Translations under genes and position numbers: made by a program
From: an uncultured delta proteobacterium
GTDB taxonomy: Bacteria; Desulfobacterota; Binatia; Binatales; Binataceae
Assembly (NCBI GenBank): GCA_963808235.1
Contig: CAWEEQ010000001.1
Coordinates: 316,625 to 380,624, forward strand
DNA length: 64,000 bases
Reading direction: 5' to 3'
Notes under the pieces: model-generated
Databases searched by the model: none
Seen by the model: the letters and a program-made list of their open reading frames with translations, nothing else
What the model was told of the DNA's origin: nothing
Shown here: in pieces, positions 28,310 to 37,968 of the stretch
Numbering within the stretch: the first letter of the stretch is position 1
Layout: each line of letters starts with the position of its first letter

Positions 28310-29545
28310 TCAGAAGACGTCTATCGTCGGGAATTTTCCATTTCCGTCGATGCAGTCCCACAGATATACGGCCAGGCCAAGATCGCCTGTCCACAGCGAA
28401 TATTTGCGCTGACCGTACTTCTCGAACCAGCTATCAGCCTGACCTATCGCATGCGTCGCGAATTTGCGCGCCCGGTCGAGCCACTTGTCGTCACGGGTCC
28501 GATTGAAGAGCTTCAGGAAGGCGTAACCACTTCCCGCTGCGCCATGACACAAACTCGGAAATTTGATCGTCGGTCCGGCAGCCCAGATCAGCTCACCGCC
28601 GCCTTCGAGCAACGCATCAACGGGCCATCGCGGATCTTTCGGAAATTCAGCAAGGCAGCTGATCACTCCCGGCGCGCCGTTGCAGTGCTGGACGACCACG
28701 GGCAGCGGCTTCGACCGGGTTGTCGATCCGATGTTGTTCGGCCAGTTTGCGTACGAACCTTCTATCAATGCGGTCGCATTAACAGTCTCATGGATTCGCC
28801 GCAATATTTCGTCCTGACGATCCTGCGGGAGCAGATGACGTCCGTGAATCAGTGTAAGCGCGTTGGCGAAAAAACCGTGCAGCGCCCCGAGGCGCTTTTC
28901 GGAAACGCCGTAAAGATCGTGCGTCCACAGATGGCAGCGGAGTTCGTCCACATACTCCCACTCGTCCCATAGCGCCTCAAAATTGCTGAGAAACAGGTCC
29001 TTCCAGCGCGACTCACCCGTTTGTTCATGCATGAACAGCGCGACCAGCATCGCGCCGGCCGTTCCCCAAGCCAACCCGCGCATGTCGCCAATCTTTGCTT
29101 CTATAGCGGCATGGAGCTGCCGCGCGAGATCTTCGGACGGCGCCAGTTTCCATTCGAGGAGAAGAATTCCGGTCTCGCCGAGCAGGTACGACCAGGTCTC
29201 ACCACCCATGTATTTGCGCATGTCTTCGTATTTGCGGATATCTTCGCGATAACGCGGAATCAGCTCGCGCACTGTCGGCAGGTAGTCGCGCTCAAGCGTT
29301 ATAGTTCCAGCCTCGCTCAGACAATTGAGCGCCCAGATAACTCCGGCTGCACCATAGTAGATAGGCTTCAGCGAATCGGGAGGGCGTTCTGCCGACCGGT
29401 CAAACGGATGCACAGGCCAAAGCTCTTCGTCGTCAAAGTTTTGCTGCGCGTCAGCGACGATTCGCTCGATAGCGGAGCGCGCCCGCCCTTCGTCCCAACG
29501 CTCGTCGCTTATTTTTTCGTGTCTCGTGGGATCGTAAAGGAGCAT
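28310..29545 (-). CDS. Stand-alone LanC-like protein
   Basis: GALHG, QHCNGAPG and SLCHGAAG motifs; C-terminal SLWTGDLG. Confidence 0.88.
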   Translation of the reverse strand: MLLYDPTRHEKISDERWDEGRARSAIERIVADAQQNFDDEELWPVHPFDRSAERPPDSLKPIYYGAAGVIWALNCLSEAGTITLERDYLPTVRELIPRYREDIRKYEDMRKYMGGETWSYLLGETGILLLEWKLAPSEDLARQLHAAIEAKIGDMRGLAWGTAGAMLVALFMHEQTGESRWKDLFLSNFEALWDEWEYVDELRCHLWTHDLYGVSEKRLGALHGFFANALTLIHGRHLLPQDRQDEILRRIHETVNATALIEGSYANWPNNIGSTTRSKPLPVVVQHCNGAPGVISCLAEFPKDPRWPVDALLEGGGELIWAAGPTIKFPSLCHGAAGSGYAFLKLFNRTRDDKWLDRARKFATHAIGQADSWFEKYGQRKYSLWTGDLGLAVYLWDCIDGNGKFPTIDVF

Positions 29546-29610
29546 GCCGTTCTCCTTCGAGAATTGACCGAGCGAAGTACGCGGTCCTATGGTACCTGAG
29601 AGGTATCACT

Positions 29611-30021
29611 ATGCATGCGGGGGTCGACCATATCATCGTCAACGTGAACGACTACCCGGCGGCGAAGCGGTTCTACGCATGGCTGATGCCGCAAATTGGT
29701 TATCCGAACGTGATGTCCTACGATCGGCCGGGAGCAGACGTCACCACCGGATATTTCGGCGAGCATGGTTCGATGTGGCTTCGGCCGTCGGATCAGGAAT
29801 TTCGCGCCGACCAGTTCCATCGTCATCGGGTGGGACTCTGCGAGATCGCGTTTTCAGCAGAAAGCCGAAAGCAGATCGATGACTTGGCAAAGCAGATTCC
29901 ATCCAACGGCGGAATTGTCACCGACTCGCCAAAAGAATATGACTACGTCCCCGGATACTACGCCGTCTTCTTCACCGATCCGGACGGGATCAAGCTGGAA
30001 CTGGTGCACGTGCCGAGTTAA
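29611..30021 (+). CDS. VOC/glyoxalase family protein
   Basis: VDHI and YYAVFFTDPDGIKLELV motifs. Confidence 0.9.
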   Translation: MHAGVDHIIVNVNDYPAAKRFYAWLMPQIGYPNVMSYDRPGADVTTGYFGEHGSMWLRPSDQEFRADQFHRHRVGLCEIAFSAESRKQIDDLAKQIPSNGGIVTDSPKEYDYVPGYYAVFFTDPDGIKLELVHVPS

Positions 30022-30042
30022 TCTGAAAGTCGAGTGTTCGGC

Positions 30043-31176
30043 TTAGCCGAACATCTCTTTGAGCTTGTCGACGAAGCCCTTCGAGAGCGGATGGTTGACC
30101 GCCTTGCCGTCGAGCTTGGCGAATTCCTCGAGCAGTTCCCGCTGACGCGCGGTGAGGCTGCGCGGCGTTTCCACGATCACCTTGATCAACTGATCGCCGC
30201 GCCCGTATCCGTGCAAATCGACGATGCCCTTACCCTTGAGGCGCAGGATTTTTCCCGACTGCGTGCCCGACGGAATCTTGAACTTTACCTTGCCTTCGAG
30301 CGTCGGCACTTCGATCTCGGTCCCGACCGCGGCTTGCGGGAAGCTGATCGGCACTTCGATGATCACGTCGTTGTCCTGGCGCACGAACAGCTCATGCTCC
30401 TTGACGTGAATCACGACGTATAAGTCGCCTTGCGGACCGCCGCCGTAGCCAGCCTCGCCCTCGCCGCGCAGCTTAAGCCGCGACCCATTGTCGACGCCCG
30501 GCGGAATTTTCACCGACAATGATTCATGCTTGCGAATTCGGCCCTGTCCCTGGCACTTGGGGCACGGGTCGGAGATGATCATTCCCTCGCCGCGGCATTG
30601 GCCGCAGGTGGTGGAGATCGAAAAAAATCCCTGCTGAGTGCGTACCTGGCCGGTGCCGCGGCAGTTCGGGCATTGACGCGCGCCGCTCGAGCCGCCTCGT
30701 GCGCGAGTGCCGTTGCATGCCTCGCATTGGGTCAGGCGCTGGAACTTGACGACCTTCTCGATCCCTTTTGCGGCTTCTTCGAATTCAATTTCCAGATCGT
30801 AGCGGAGATCGTCGCCGCGCCGGGTCCGAGAGCGCGAACGCCCGCGCCCGGTGCCGAAAAAATCGCCAAAAATGTCGGAGAAGACTTCCTCGAAACCCTG
30901 GCTGAAGTCGAAGCCGCCGAATCCGCCCGGACCCTGCGGACCCTGGAAGGCGGCGTGGCCGAAACGATCGTATTGCGCGCGCCGTTCCGGCTCGGAGAGG
31001 ACCTGGTAGGCTTCGTTGAGTTCCTTGAAGCGCTCCTCGGCGTCCTTGTTGCCGGGGTTGCGATCGGGATGAAACTGAATCGCAAGCCGCCGATAAGCCT
31101 TCTTCAGCTCGTCTTCACCAGCGCCGCGATTGACGCCGAGAACTTCGTAGTAATCGCGTTTGTTGGCTGGCGGCAT
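30043..31176 (-). CDS. dnaJ: Chaperone DnaJ
   Basis: J-domain with HPD, G/F region and four CxxCxGxG-type repeats. Confidence 0.98.
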   Translation of the reverse strand: MPPANKRDYYEVLGVNRGAGEDELKKAYRRLAIQFHPDRNPGNKDAEERFKELNEAYQVLSEPERRAQYDRFGHAAFQGPQGPGGFGGFDFSQGFEEVFSDIFGDFFGTGRGRSRSRTRRGDDLRYDLEIEFEEAAKGIEKVVKFQRLTQCEACNGTRARGGSSGARQCPNCRGTGQVRTQQGFFSISTTCGQCRGEGMIISDPCPKCQGQGRIRKHESLSVKIPPGVDNGSRLKLRGEGEAGYGGGPQGDLYVVIHVKEHELFVRQDNDVIIEVPISFPQAAVGTEIEVPTLEGKVKFKIPSGTQSGKILRLKGKGIVDLHGYGRGDQLIKVIVETPRSLTARQRELLEEFAKLDGKAVNHPLSKGFVDKLKEMFG

Positions 31177-31272
31177 CGCGCAAAAATTCTATGCCATCAG
31201 CCGAGCCGACGCCATTGTCCCCGGCGAAACGATCGGGGCGTCGAGTCCGCCCGGTCGGTTTCTCCCAGTCCG

Positions 31273-33219
31273 TTATTGATCTTTGACTTCTTTGTAGTCC
31301 GCATCGACAACGTCTTCTTTCGCCCCGGCACCGCCATTACCGCTCTGGGAGCCACTTTGCGCATCGCCGCTCGCGCCACCCGCACTGTCCTGCGGACCAG
31401 CTCCCGCTCCCTGCCGAGTCTTGCTGTACATCGCTTCCGCGAGCTTGTGCGACGCCGCCGCGAGTTTCTCGGCCGCTTGATCGATCTCGCCGGCGTCCTT
31501 CGACTCGAGCTTGGTCTTGGCCTCGGCCAAAGCTTCTTCGACCTGCTTGCGTCCCGCCTCATCAACGTCCGCGCCGTGATCCTTGAGAGTCTTCTCGGTC
31601 GTGTAGATCAAGTTGTCGAGCTTGTTGCGCGCCTCGGCCTGCTGGCGCCGCGAATGATCCTCGGCCGCATGCGCCTCGGCCTCCCGCACCATCTTCTTGA
31701 TCTCATCTTCGCTGAGTCCTGACGACGCAGTGATTTTGATCGACTGTTCCTTGTTGGTACCCAGGTCCTTGGCATGGACATTCACGATCCCGTTCGCGTC
31801 GATGTCGAATGTAACCTCGACCTGCGGCAGTCCACGCGGCGCGGGCGGAATTCCAATCAGATCGAATTGCCCGAGCAGCTTGTTGTCAGACGCCATCTCG
31901 CGCTCGCCCTGGAAGACGCGAATCGTGACCGCAGTCTGATTGTCCTGCGCGGTCGAGAACACCTGGCTCTTGCGAGTCGGGATGGTCGTGTTCTTGTCGA
32001 TAAGTTTGGTGAACACGCCGCCGAGCGTTTCGATTCCGAGCGACAGCGGAGTTACGTCCAGCAGCAGGACGTCTTTGACTTCGCCTTTCAGCACGCCCGC
32101 CTGGATCGCCGCGCCTATCGCGACGACTTCATCCGGGTTGACGCCCTTATGTCCTTCCTTGCCGAACAGACGCTTCACCCGTTCCTGCACCGCGGGCATG
32201 CGCGTCATGCCGCCGACCAGCACGATCTCATTGATCTCGCTGGCCTTCAGCCCCGCGTCACGAAGCGCCGTTATGCATGGCGCGTCGAGCCGATCGAGCA
32301 GGTCGGCGCACAGCGCCTCGAGCTTTGCACGGCTCAACTTGATGTTGAGGTGCTTCGGTCCCGACTGATCCGCTGTGATGAACGGCAGATTGATGTCCGT
32401 CTCGGTGACCGTGGACAACTCGGTCTTCGCTTTTTCCGCGGCTTCCTTCAGCCGCTGCAGCGCCATCCGATCGTTGCGCAGATCGATTCCCTGGTCCTTG
32501 CGGAATTCGTCGGCCAGGTAGTCGATTACCCGCTGATCGAAATCCTCGCCGCCGAGGAACGTGTCGCCGTTGGTCGCCTTGACCTCGAACACGCCCTCGC
32601 CGAGCTCGAGAATCGATATATCAAATGTACCGCCGCCGAGATCGAACACGGCGATCTTCTCGTCTTTCTTTTTGTCGAGCCCATAGGCGAGTGACGCCGC
32701 AGTCGGCTCGTTGATGATGCGCAAAACGTTCAGCCCGGCGATGCGGCCCGCGTCTTTGGTCGCCTGGCGCTGGCTGTCGTTGAAATACGCAGGCACCGTG
32801 ATCACCGCCTCGGTGACTTTCTCGCCAAGATAGTCCTCGGCGGTCTGCTTCATCTTCTGCAGCACGAACGCCGAAATTTCCGCCGGACTATATTTCTTGC
32901 CCCGGATTTCCACCCATGCCGCGCCGTCGTCATTCTTGACGACTTTGTAAGGCAGCACCTTGAGCGCCTTCTGCACTTCGGCGTCTTCGTAGCGCCGGCC
33001 CATCAGGCGTTTGATCGCGAAGACCGTGTTGTTCGGATTGGTGATCGACTGGCGCCGGGCGATTTGCCCTACCAGCCGTTCGCCGGCCTCGGTAAACGCC
33101 ACCACCGACGGCGTCGTGCGACTACCTTCGGAGTTGGCGATAACGATCGGATCGCCACCCTCCATGATCGCGACGCAACTGTTGGTCGTCCCCAAGTCGA
33201 TACCGATAACTTTTGCCAT
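31273..33219 (-). CDS. dnaK: Chaperone DnaK
   Basis: [25 protein letters not shown] and full-length Hsp70 architecture. Confidence 0.99.
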   Translation of the reverse strand: MAKVIGIDLGTTNSCVAIMEGGDPIVIANSEGSRTTPSVVAFTEAGERLVGQIARRQSITNPNNTVFAIKRLMGRRYEDAEVQKALKVLPYKVVKNDDGAAWVEIRGKKYSPAEISAFVLQKMKQTAEDYLGEKVTEAVITVPAYFNDSQRQATKDAGRIAGLNVLRIINEPTAASLAYGLDKKKDEKIAVFDLGGGTFDISILELGEGVFEVKATNGDTFLGGEDFDQRVIDYLADEFRKDQGIDLRNDRMALQRLKEAAEKAKTELSTVTETDINLPFITADQSGPKHLNIKLSRAKLEALCADLLDRLDAPCITALRDAGLKASEINEIVLVGGMTRMPAVQERVKRLFGKEGHKGVNPDEVVAIGAAIQAGVLKGEVKDVLLLDVTPLSLGIETLGGVFTKLIDKNTTIPTRKSQVFSTAQDNQTAVTIRVFQGEREMASDNKLLGQFDLIGIPPAPRGLPQVEVTFDIDANGIVNVHAKDLGTNKEQSIKITASSGLSEDEIKKMVREAEAHAAEDHSRRQQAEARNKLDNLIYTTEKTLKDHGADVDEAGRKQVEEALAEAKTKLESKDAGEIDQAAEKLAAASHKLAEAMYSKTRQGAGAGPQDSAGGASGDAQSGSQSGNGGAGAKEDVVDADYKEVKDQ

Positions 33220-33243
33220 TTTCCTAAAGATCCTCTGATAGAG

Positions 33244-33270
33244 AGATAATCACGCTTTAATTCTTTTCAA
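33244..33270 (-). promoter_or_regulatory. Possible RpoH-like promoter immediately upstream of dnaK
   Basis: Minus strand TTGAAA-N14-ATTATCT. The -35 element and spacing fit sigma32; the -10 element is only partial. Confidence 0.3.
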
Positions 33271-33273
33271 TGC

Positions 33274-33921
33274 TCAATTTTCTTTTAGATCGGATGCGTC
33301 GTTTTCGCTTCCGCTTCGCCCATTGGAATCGGTCGCGGTCTCCTTCGACACCGAGACCCGCGCGGGCCGCAGGATGCGCTCGCCGATCTGGTACCCGCGA
33401 TGGTACTCATCGACCACCGTATTGGGCCGATGCTGGTCCGACGCGACGTGATCGACCGCCTCATGCCGAGTCGGATCGAACGTCTGCCCGACCGAGGCCA
33501 CCGGGGTCACGCCATGCGCGCGCAGAAAATCGAGCAGCGCCCGCACCGTCATTTCGACCCCGGCGAGTATCGTCCTGGCGTCGGTGCCTTCGCGAGCCGC
33601 TGCGAGCGCGCGCTCCAGGTTGTCGATAATCGGCAGCAGGTCGCGCAGGATACTCTCGCGCTGAATCCGCACGGATTCCTCGCTTTGCTGGCGAATTCGC
33701 TTGCGCGCATTCTCGGAGTCCGCGAGCGTGCGCAGATACTTGTCCTTCAGCTCAGCGATTTCCCTGTCTTTTTCCGCTATCTGAGCGCGTAGCGAATCCG
33801 GGTCCCCGCCCGCCGACGCCTCTTTGTTCTCGCCATCTGATTGAGCGCCGGCATCCGCCCGAGGAAACCCATCGTCGATAGCCGGATTTCCGTCCTCTGG
33901 ATGCTTATGTCGCCTGTTCAT
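33274..33921 (-). CDS. grpE: Nucleotide exchange factor GrpE
   Basis: ADSENARKR, LLPIIDNLERAL, FDPTRHEAV and GY...RILRPARV motifs. Confidence 0.97.
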   Translation of the reverse strand: MNRRHKHPEDGNPAIDDGFPRADAGAQSDGENKEASAGGDPDSLRAQIAEKDREIAELKDKYLRTLADSENARKRIRQQSEESVRIQRESILRDLLPIIDNLERALAAAREGTDARTILAGVEMTVRALLDFLRAHGVTPVASVGQTFDPTRHEAVDHVASDQHRPNTVVDEYHRGYQIGERILRPARVSVSKETATDSNGRSGSENDASDLKEN

Positions 33922-34011
33922 CTTAAGAGCCCGCCGAACCTAAAAAATTTAAGCATGATTTACGCTCGCGCCAGTGCCGGCGACGGCAGAATCGTTGGAT
34001 TTTCTCGATTA

Positions 34012-34150
34012 TGGGCCTTCGAGGGGAGGACCCTCAGCCAGTATTTCCACTATCCGCACCTTGCGACTGTCGAGGCCATCTTCAACCTGGGTACGCTCGG
34101 ACGGAACGATACCTCCGCCATCTCGATGTCGGACCTGTTGAAGCGCCGAA
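34012..34150 (+). pseudogene. Possible C-terminal remnant of a phosphoesterase-family gene
   Basis: Frame reads SQYFHYPHLATVEAIFNLGTLGRNDTSAISMSDLL, resembling the HYS.L.TIE..F.L..LGRND C-terminus of phosphoesterases. Recognised by eye only. Confidence 0.4.
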
Positions 34151-34154
34151 TTCC

Positions 34155-34574
34155 TTACGATTTCGCCCTCTTCGAAGGTTTCGACCTGCCAGAACTGTTG
34201 AGGGCGACCGCTTGGCGAACGAGCCCCTTGAAGGCGGACTCGCTGACTTTTTCTTCTTGGCGGATGTCGATCGCGCGGCGTACGTTGCCGTCGAGACTCG
34301 AGTTGAAGAGACGGGCCGGATCCTTCAGAGACGCGCCCTTCGCGAAGGTAAGCTTCACGACATTCTTGTAGGATTCGCCAGTGCAGATGATTCCGTTGTG
34401 CGACCAAACCGGAGTGCCCATCCACTTCCACTCCTCGACGACCTCCGGGTCTGCTTCCTTGATGAGCTTGCGCATTCTGCTGAGGGTTTCCCCGCGCCAG
34501 TCCCCGAGTTCGGCGATTCTTTTCGAAATGAGCGCCGATGCCGACTGGCCTTCGCTCGCGCCCGACTTTTTCAT
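34155..34574 (-). CDS. DUF1801 (YdhG-like) protein
   Basis: LGDWRGETL, EEWKW.GTPVW and LFNSSLDGNVRRAID motifs. ATG at 34574. Confidence 0.9.
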   Translation of the reverse strand: MKKSGASEGQSASALISKRIAELGDWRGETLSRMRKLIKEADPEVVEEWKWMGTPVWSHNGIICTGESYKNVVKLTFAKGASLKDPARLFNSSLDGNVRRAIDIRQEEKVSESAFKGLVRQAVALNSSGRSKPSKRAKS

Positions 34575-34650
34575 GTTGTCACCTAGTTGCCGGAGTGTCA
34601 TTTCCGCTGAAGGTGGTGTTGGTGATGATAAGGAGAACCAGGCGGGAGAC

Positions 34651-35697
34651 TCAGGACTCCATCAGGCGGGAGAGAGTGCGGGCGGTGTACTCGACCAGCG
34701 GAATTACGCGGTCGTAGTCCATCCGGACCGGGCCTACGATTGCGAGACTGCCGAGCATCGCGCCGCCGCTCGCGTACGACGCCGCGACCACGCTCAGCGA
34801 TGCAAGGCGCGGGTCGTAGTTCTCCGATCCGATCGACACAGTCAGGCCGGCGTGAGTCAGGCTACGCTCGAGCAATTCGAGGAGCGCGGACTTGTCGTCG
34901 AGCGCGCGCAGCAGCTCGCGCATCTTGCCGCGATCGGAAAACTCCGGCTGCTCGAGCGCCTGCAGGCTGCCTTCGACGTACAGTTCCTGGCGCCCGATAT
35001 AATCCGCGATCGCCTCGCCGAGCGAGAGCGCGTCACGCATGAAGCGATCGTAGTTGGCGCGCTCTTCGCGCAGTTGCGCCTCGATCCATTTGCGCGCCTC
35101 GTCGAGCGTGCGCCCTTCGAGCGATTCGTTCAGATATCGCGCCATCCGATCGAGCTCGTCTTGAGAATGGTCGCGGTCGGTATCGACAATCCGATTCTGC
35201 ATCGCGCCCTTCTCCGCGACGAACACGGCGAGCACCTGCTTGTCGCGCAGCCGCACGAAATTCACCCGCTCCAGGATCGAGGCCTCCAGGCGCGGCGACA
35301 TCACCAGCGCCGCCTGTCCCGTCAGGATCGAAAGCAGGCGCGGAGTATCGCGCAGCACCTCGCCGAGATCGCGCGCGGCGGTCGAGTAATGCAGCTCGAT
35401 CTGCGCGCGATCCTCGAAGCCGATTCGCGCCTGCGCCGCAAGATGATCGACGTAGTAGCGAAACGCCTTCTCGGTTGGAACCCGGCCCGCCGACGTATGC
35501 GGTTGATGCAGATAGCCGCCATCTTCCAGCTCGCCCATCATGTTGCGGACCATCGCGGAGCGCACACCGAGCTGATGATGCGCGACGATCTGCGCCGACC
35601 CTACTGGCGCCGCAGTCGAGATAAACTCCTGCACCGTCGCGAGCAGCAACGCATGACGCCGGTTGGAAAGCGGGCCATTTGCGGAGTCGATGGTCAT
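34651..35697 (-). CDS. hrcA: Heat-inducible transcription repressor HrcA
   Basis: PVGS, QPHTSAGRVPT...FRYYVD and GPVRMDY motifs. Confidence 0.97.
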   Translation of the reverse strand: MTIDSANGPLSNRRHALLLATVQEFISTAAPVGSAQIVAHHQLGVRSAMVRNMMGELEDGGYLHQPHTSAGRVPTEKAFRYYVDHLAAQARIGFEDRAQIELHYSTAARDLGEVLRDTPRLLSILTGQAALVMSPRLEASILERVNFVRLRDKQVLAVFVAEKGAMQNRIVDTDRDHSQDELDRMARYLNESLEGRTLDEARKWIEAQLREERANYDRFMRDALSLGEAIADYIGRQELYVEGSLQALEQPEFSDRGKMRELLRALDDKSALLELLERSLTHAGLTVSIGSENYDPRLASLSVVAASYASGGAMLGSLAIVGPVRMDYDRVIPLVEYTARTLSRLMES

Positions 35698-35811
35698 CTA
35701 ACCAATTCTGTTCCCCTACGAGCGATACATTCAAGCCGCTGTGTGAAGCAATATCCGCAACGCGAGCGCGGAGATAGCAGCGCGGTATCCGGTGAAATAA
35801 GATCGATCGCG

Positions 35812-37407
35812 ATGGCGCGCAAGGCAAAGACTATCAAGCCGCGACGCCTCTACGTTCCGGTTGTCCCCGCCGGCGCGTCGATTGTCGAGAGCGACAGCTA
35901 CGATCGGCGCACTTGGAACGAGATCGTCGCCGATGCGCCCGCGATTGCCGAGCTCACCGAATCGGGCGAGCGGCTGGTCCCTCATTTCGCCGCGCTGGTG
36001 CAGGATCTGTTTCTTTCGCTGTTCAAGATGAACCCGGTGATGCGCAAATCTGACGACGTTCGGCACGCCGCCGCGCTCAACCGCACCATCCTCGAGCAAC
36101 TTGTCCCGTCGGCGCCATTTCAGGCGCTGCGTTCGCGAACCGCGCTCGAGCAAGATAAGGCCGCGATTGCGGCGATCGTGATGAGCGAGCACGCGCTCGA
36201 GATGATGAAGTCCGAGAAGCTCATCAATCGCAGCGAGATGCTCGACCTGTGGGACCTCGCGCGGCAGGAGGAAGACCTCGAGGCGCGCGCGCAGGCGGTG
36301 AAGAACGCAATCGAGGTTGCCGAACCCAAAACAGGCGAACCGGCGACCGACGATGCGGCCGCCAAGGAAATCGCCGAGATGGCGGACGCGGCCGAGCGAG
36401 CCGCCAAGGTCTCGGAGGCGCGGCTAAATCAAAAGGCGCGGCAATTCGAAACGCAGCATAAGGGCACCGATCAAAGCGCGCTCAAGCGGATGCAACTCAG
36501 AACCGCGGAGCTGGCCGACGAAATCGATCGCGCCGCCGAAGACAGTCACGACTTCAGCCGCGAGTTCGGGCAGGGTGGCCGGGTGGGTGCCGGCGCGCGA
36601 CTGGAACTCGGCCGACGCCTCGCGCGCAACAAGAAACTCGGCGAGTTGGCCCGGATGGTCGGGCGGTTCAAGCAGGACGCGCGCGCGATGAAGCGCAAGA
36701 CGCTCGAGCGCGGCGTCGCCGAGGCCTACGACATCGAGCTCGGCGCCGAAGTCGGGCGCCTGATTCCCGCCGAGCTGCTCGCGATGCATCATCCGGTGCT
36801 GAAGCGCGACTTCCATCGCCGCATCCTCGAAGGCAGCGTCCTTCAATATCGGCTCCGCGACGACGAGCAGAAGGGCAAAGGCCCGATGGTCGTGTGTATC
36901 GACGTGAGCTCTTCGATGGAAGGCGAAAAGGAGATGTGGTCGAAGGCGGTCGCGCTGACCCTGATGGACATCGCGCGGCGCCAGCGCCGGCTGTTCCGCG
37001 CCGTGATGTTTTCCTCGGGCGATCGCAGCCTCAAGGTGCTCGACCTGAATCGCGAGCGGCGCTACCAGCCGGATTTGAACAAGGTCGTCGAGATGGCCGA
37101 ATATTTTCCCGGCGGTGGAACTGATTTCGAGGCGCCAATCGACGCCGCGATCGAATTGCTCGGCGAAAAGAAACTCAAACGCGGCGATATAGTGATAATC
37201 ACCGACGGCGAATCGCGCGTCAGTCCCGAGTGGCTCACGTCGATGCGCGCGCGCAAGGACGAACTGGACTTCTCGATCTTCGCGGTGCTGGTTGACGTGG
37301 GATCCGCGGAGACATCGTCGCTCGCGCAATTCGCCGATCGAATCACATCGGTCAAGCGCATCAGCGACGAGCACGCACGCGACATCTTCCTGCGAGTGCA
37401 ATCATGA
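35812..37407 (+). CDS. ViaA-like VWA-domain protein
   Basis: C-terminal VWA with MIDAS DVSSS, GGTDF and ITDGE. True start is ATG 35812; the 1008-aa ORF is extended by antisense overlap with hrcA. Confidence 0.88.
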   Translation: MARKAKTIKPRRLYVPVVPAGASIVESDSYDRRTWNEIVADAPAIAELTESGERLVPHFAALVQDLFLSLFKMNPVMRKSDDVRHAAALNRTILEQLVPSAPFQALRSRTALEQDKAAIAAIVMSEHALEMMKSEKLINRSEMLDLWDLARQEEDLEARAQAVKNAIEVAEPKTGEPATDDAAAKEIAEMADAAERAAKVSEARLNQKARQFETQHKGTDQSALKRMQLRTAELADEIDRAAEDSHDFSREFGQGGRVGAGARLELGRRLARNKKLGELARMVGRFKQDARAMKRKTLERGVAEAYDIELGAEVGRLIPAELLAMHHPVLKRDFHRRILEGSVLQYRLRDDEQKGKGPMVVCIDVSSSMEGEKEMWSKAVALTLMDIARRQRRLFRAVMFSSGDRSLKVLDLNRERRYQPDLNKVVEMAEYFPGGGTDFEAPIDAAIELLGEKKLKRGDIVIITDGESRVSPEWLTSMRARKDELDFSIFAVLVDVGSAETSSLAQFADRITSVKRISDEHARDIFLRVQS

Positions 37408-37910
37408 GGCAGGCCGATCTCAACGTAGTTCTCGAGCGTGTCGATCGGAGCAACTACCGCAAGTTGTTCATGATGCAGCTTCGGCCTGAGCAGACCAAGT
37501 TCGTCACTCCGCCGCGATGGACGCTGGCGCGATGCTACGTCCGGCAGTTTGGTGACAATTTCGAGCACCTGCCGCATCTAATCCGCGCCGGCGAAGAGGT
37601 GGTCGGCTACTGCACCACCGCATGCGATTCAAACAGCAGCGATGACTATTGGATCGACGACATCATGATCGACACGGAGCATCAGGGGAAAGGCTACGGA
37701 CGCGCCGCGATGAAGGAAACGATCAAGATGATCGTCGCGCGCTACCTTCGATGCCGTGCGGTGCAGCTAACCTGCTTTCGCTCCAACACCAACGCCGCGG
37801 CGCTGTACGTGAGCCTCGGCTTTGAGCCGACAGGCGGTGTGGATGAGGAATTCGGCGAGCCTAACTATCGGCTCGCAGGCACGGCGCTCGACAAGTTCCG
37901 CACATCATAA
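37404..37910 (+). CDS. GNAT N-acetyltransferase (spermidine acetyltransferase-like)
   Basis: MIDTEHQGKGYG and NTNAAALYVSLGF motifs. ATGA-coupled to the VWA gene. Confidence 0.9.
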   Translation: MRQADLNVVLERVDRSNYRKLFMMQLRPEQTKFVTPPRWTLARCYVRQFGDNFEHLPHLIRAGEEVVGYCTTACDSNSSDDYWIDDIMIDTEHQGKGYGRAAMKETIKMIVARYLRCRAVQLTCFRSNTNAAALYVSLGFEPTGGVDEEFGEPNYRLAGTALDKFRTS

Positions 37911-37914
37911 AGAG

Positions 37915-37943
37915 AGGGCCGGTCGTTTTTTGACCGGCCCCTT
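37915..37943. terminator. Hairpin between convergent genes (probably bidirectional terminator)
   Basis: GGGCCGGTC-gtttttt-GACCGGCCC. Confidence 0.65.
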
Positions 37944-37968
37944 CATGAGCATGCTGTGGTTGCTGAGT

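Noticed and set aside
28310-29545. Lanthipeptide biosynthetic cluster
   Set aside because: No dehydratase, precursor peptide, protease or transporter seen nearby.
30526-32694. Long plus-strand ORFs (398 aa, 306 aa) over dnaJ/dnaK
   Set aside because: Antisense ORFs opposite dnaK are a well-known codon-bias artefact.
34381-35811. N-terminal 477 aa of the 1008-aa ORF
   Set aside because: It is an antisense shadow of hrcA and DUF1801. The real VWA gene starts at ATG 35812.
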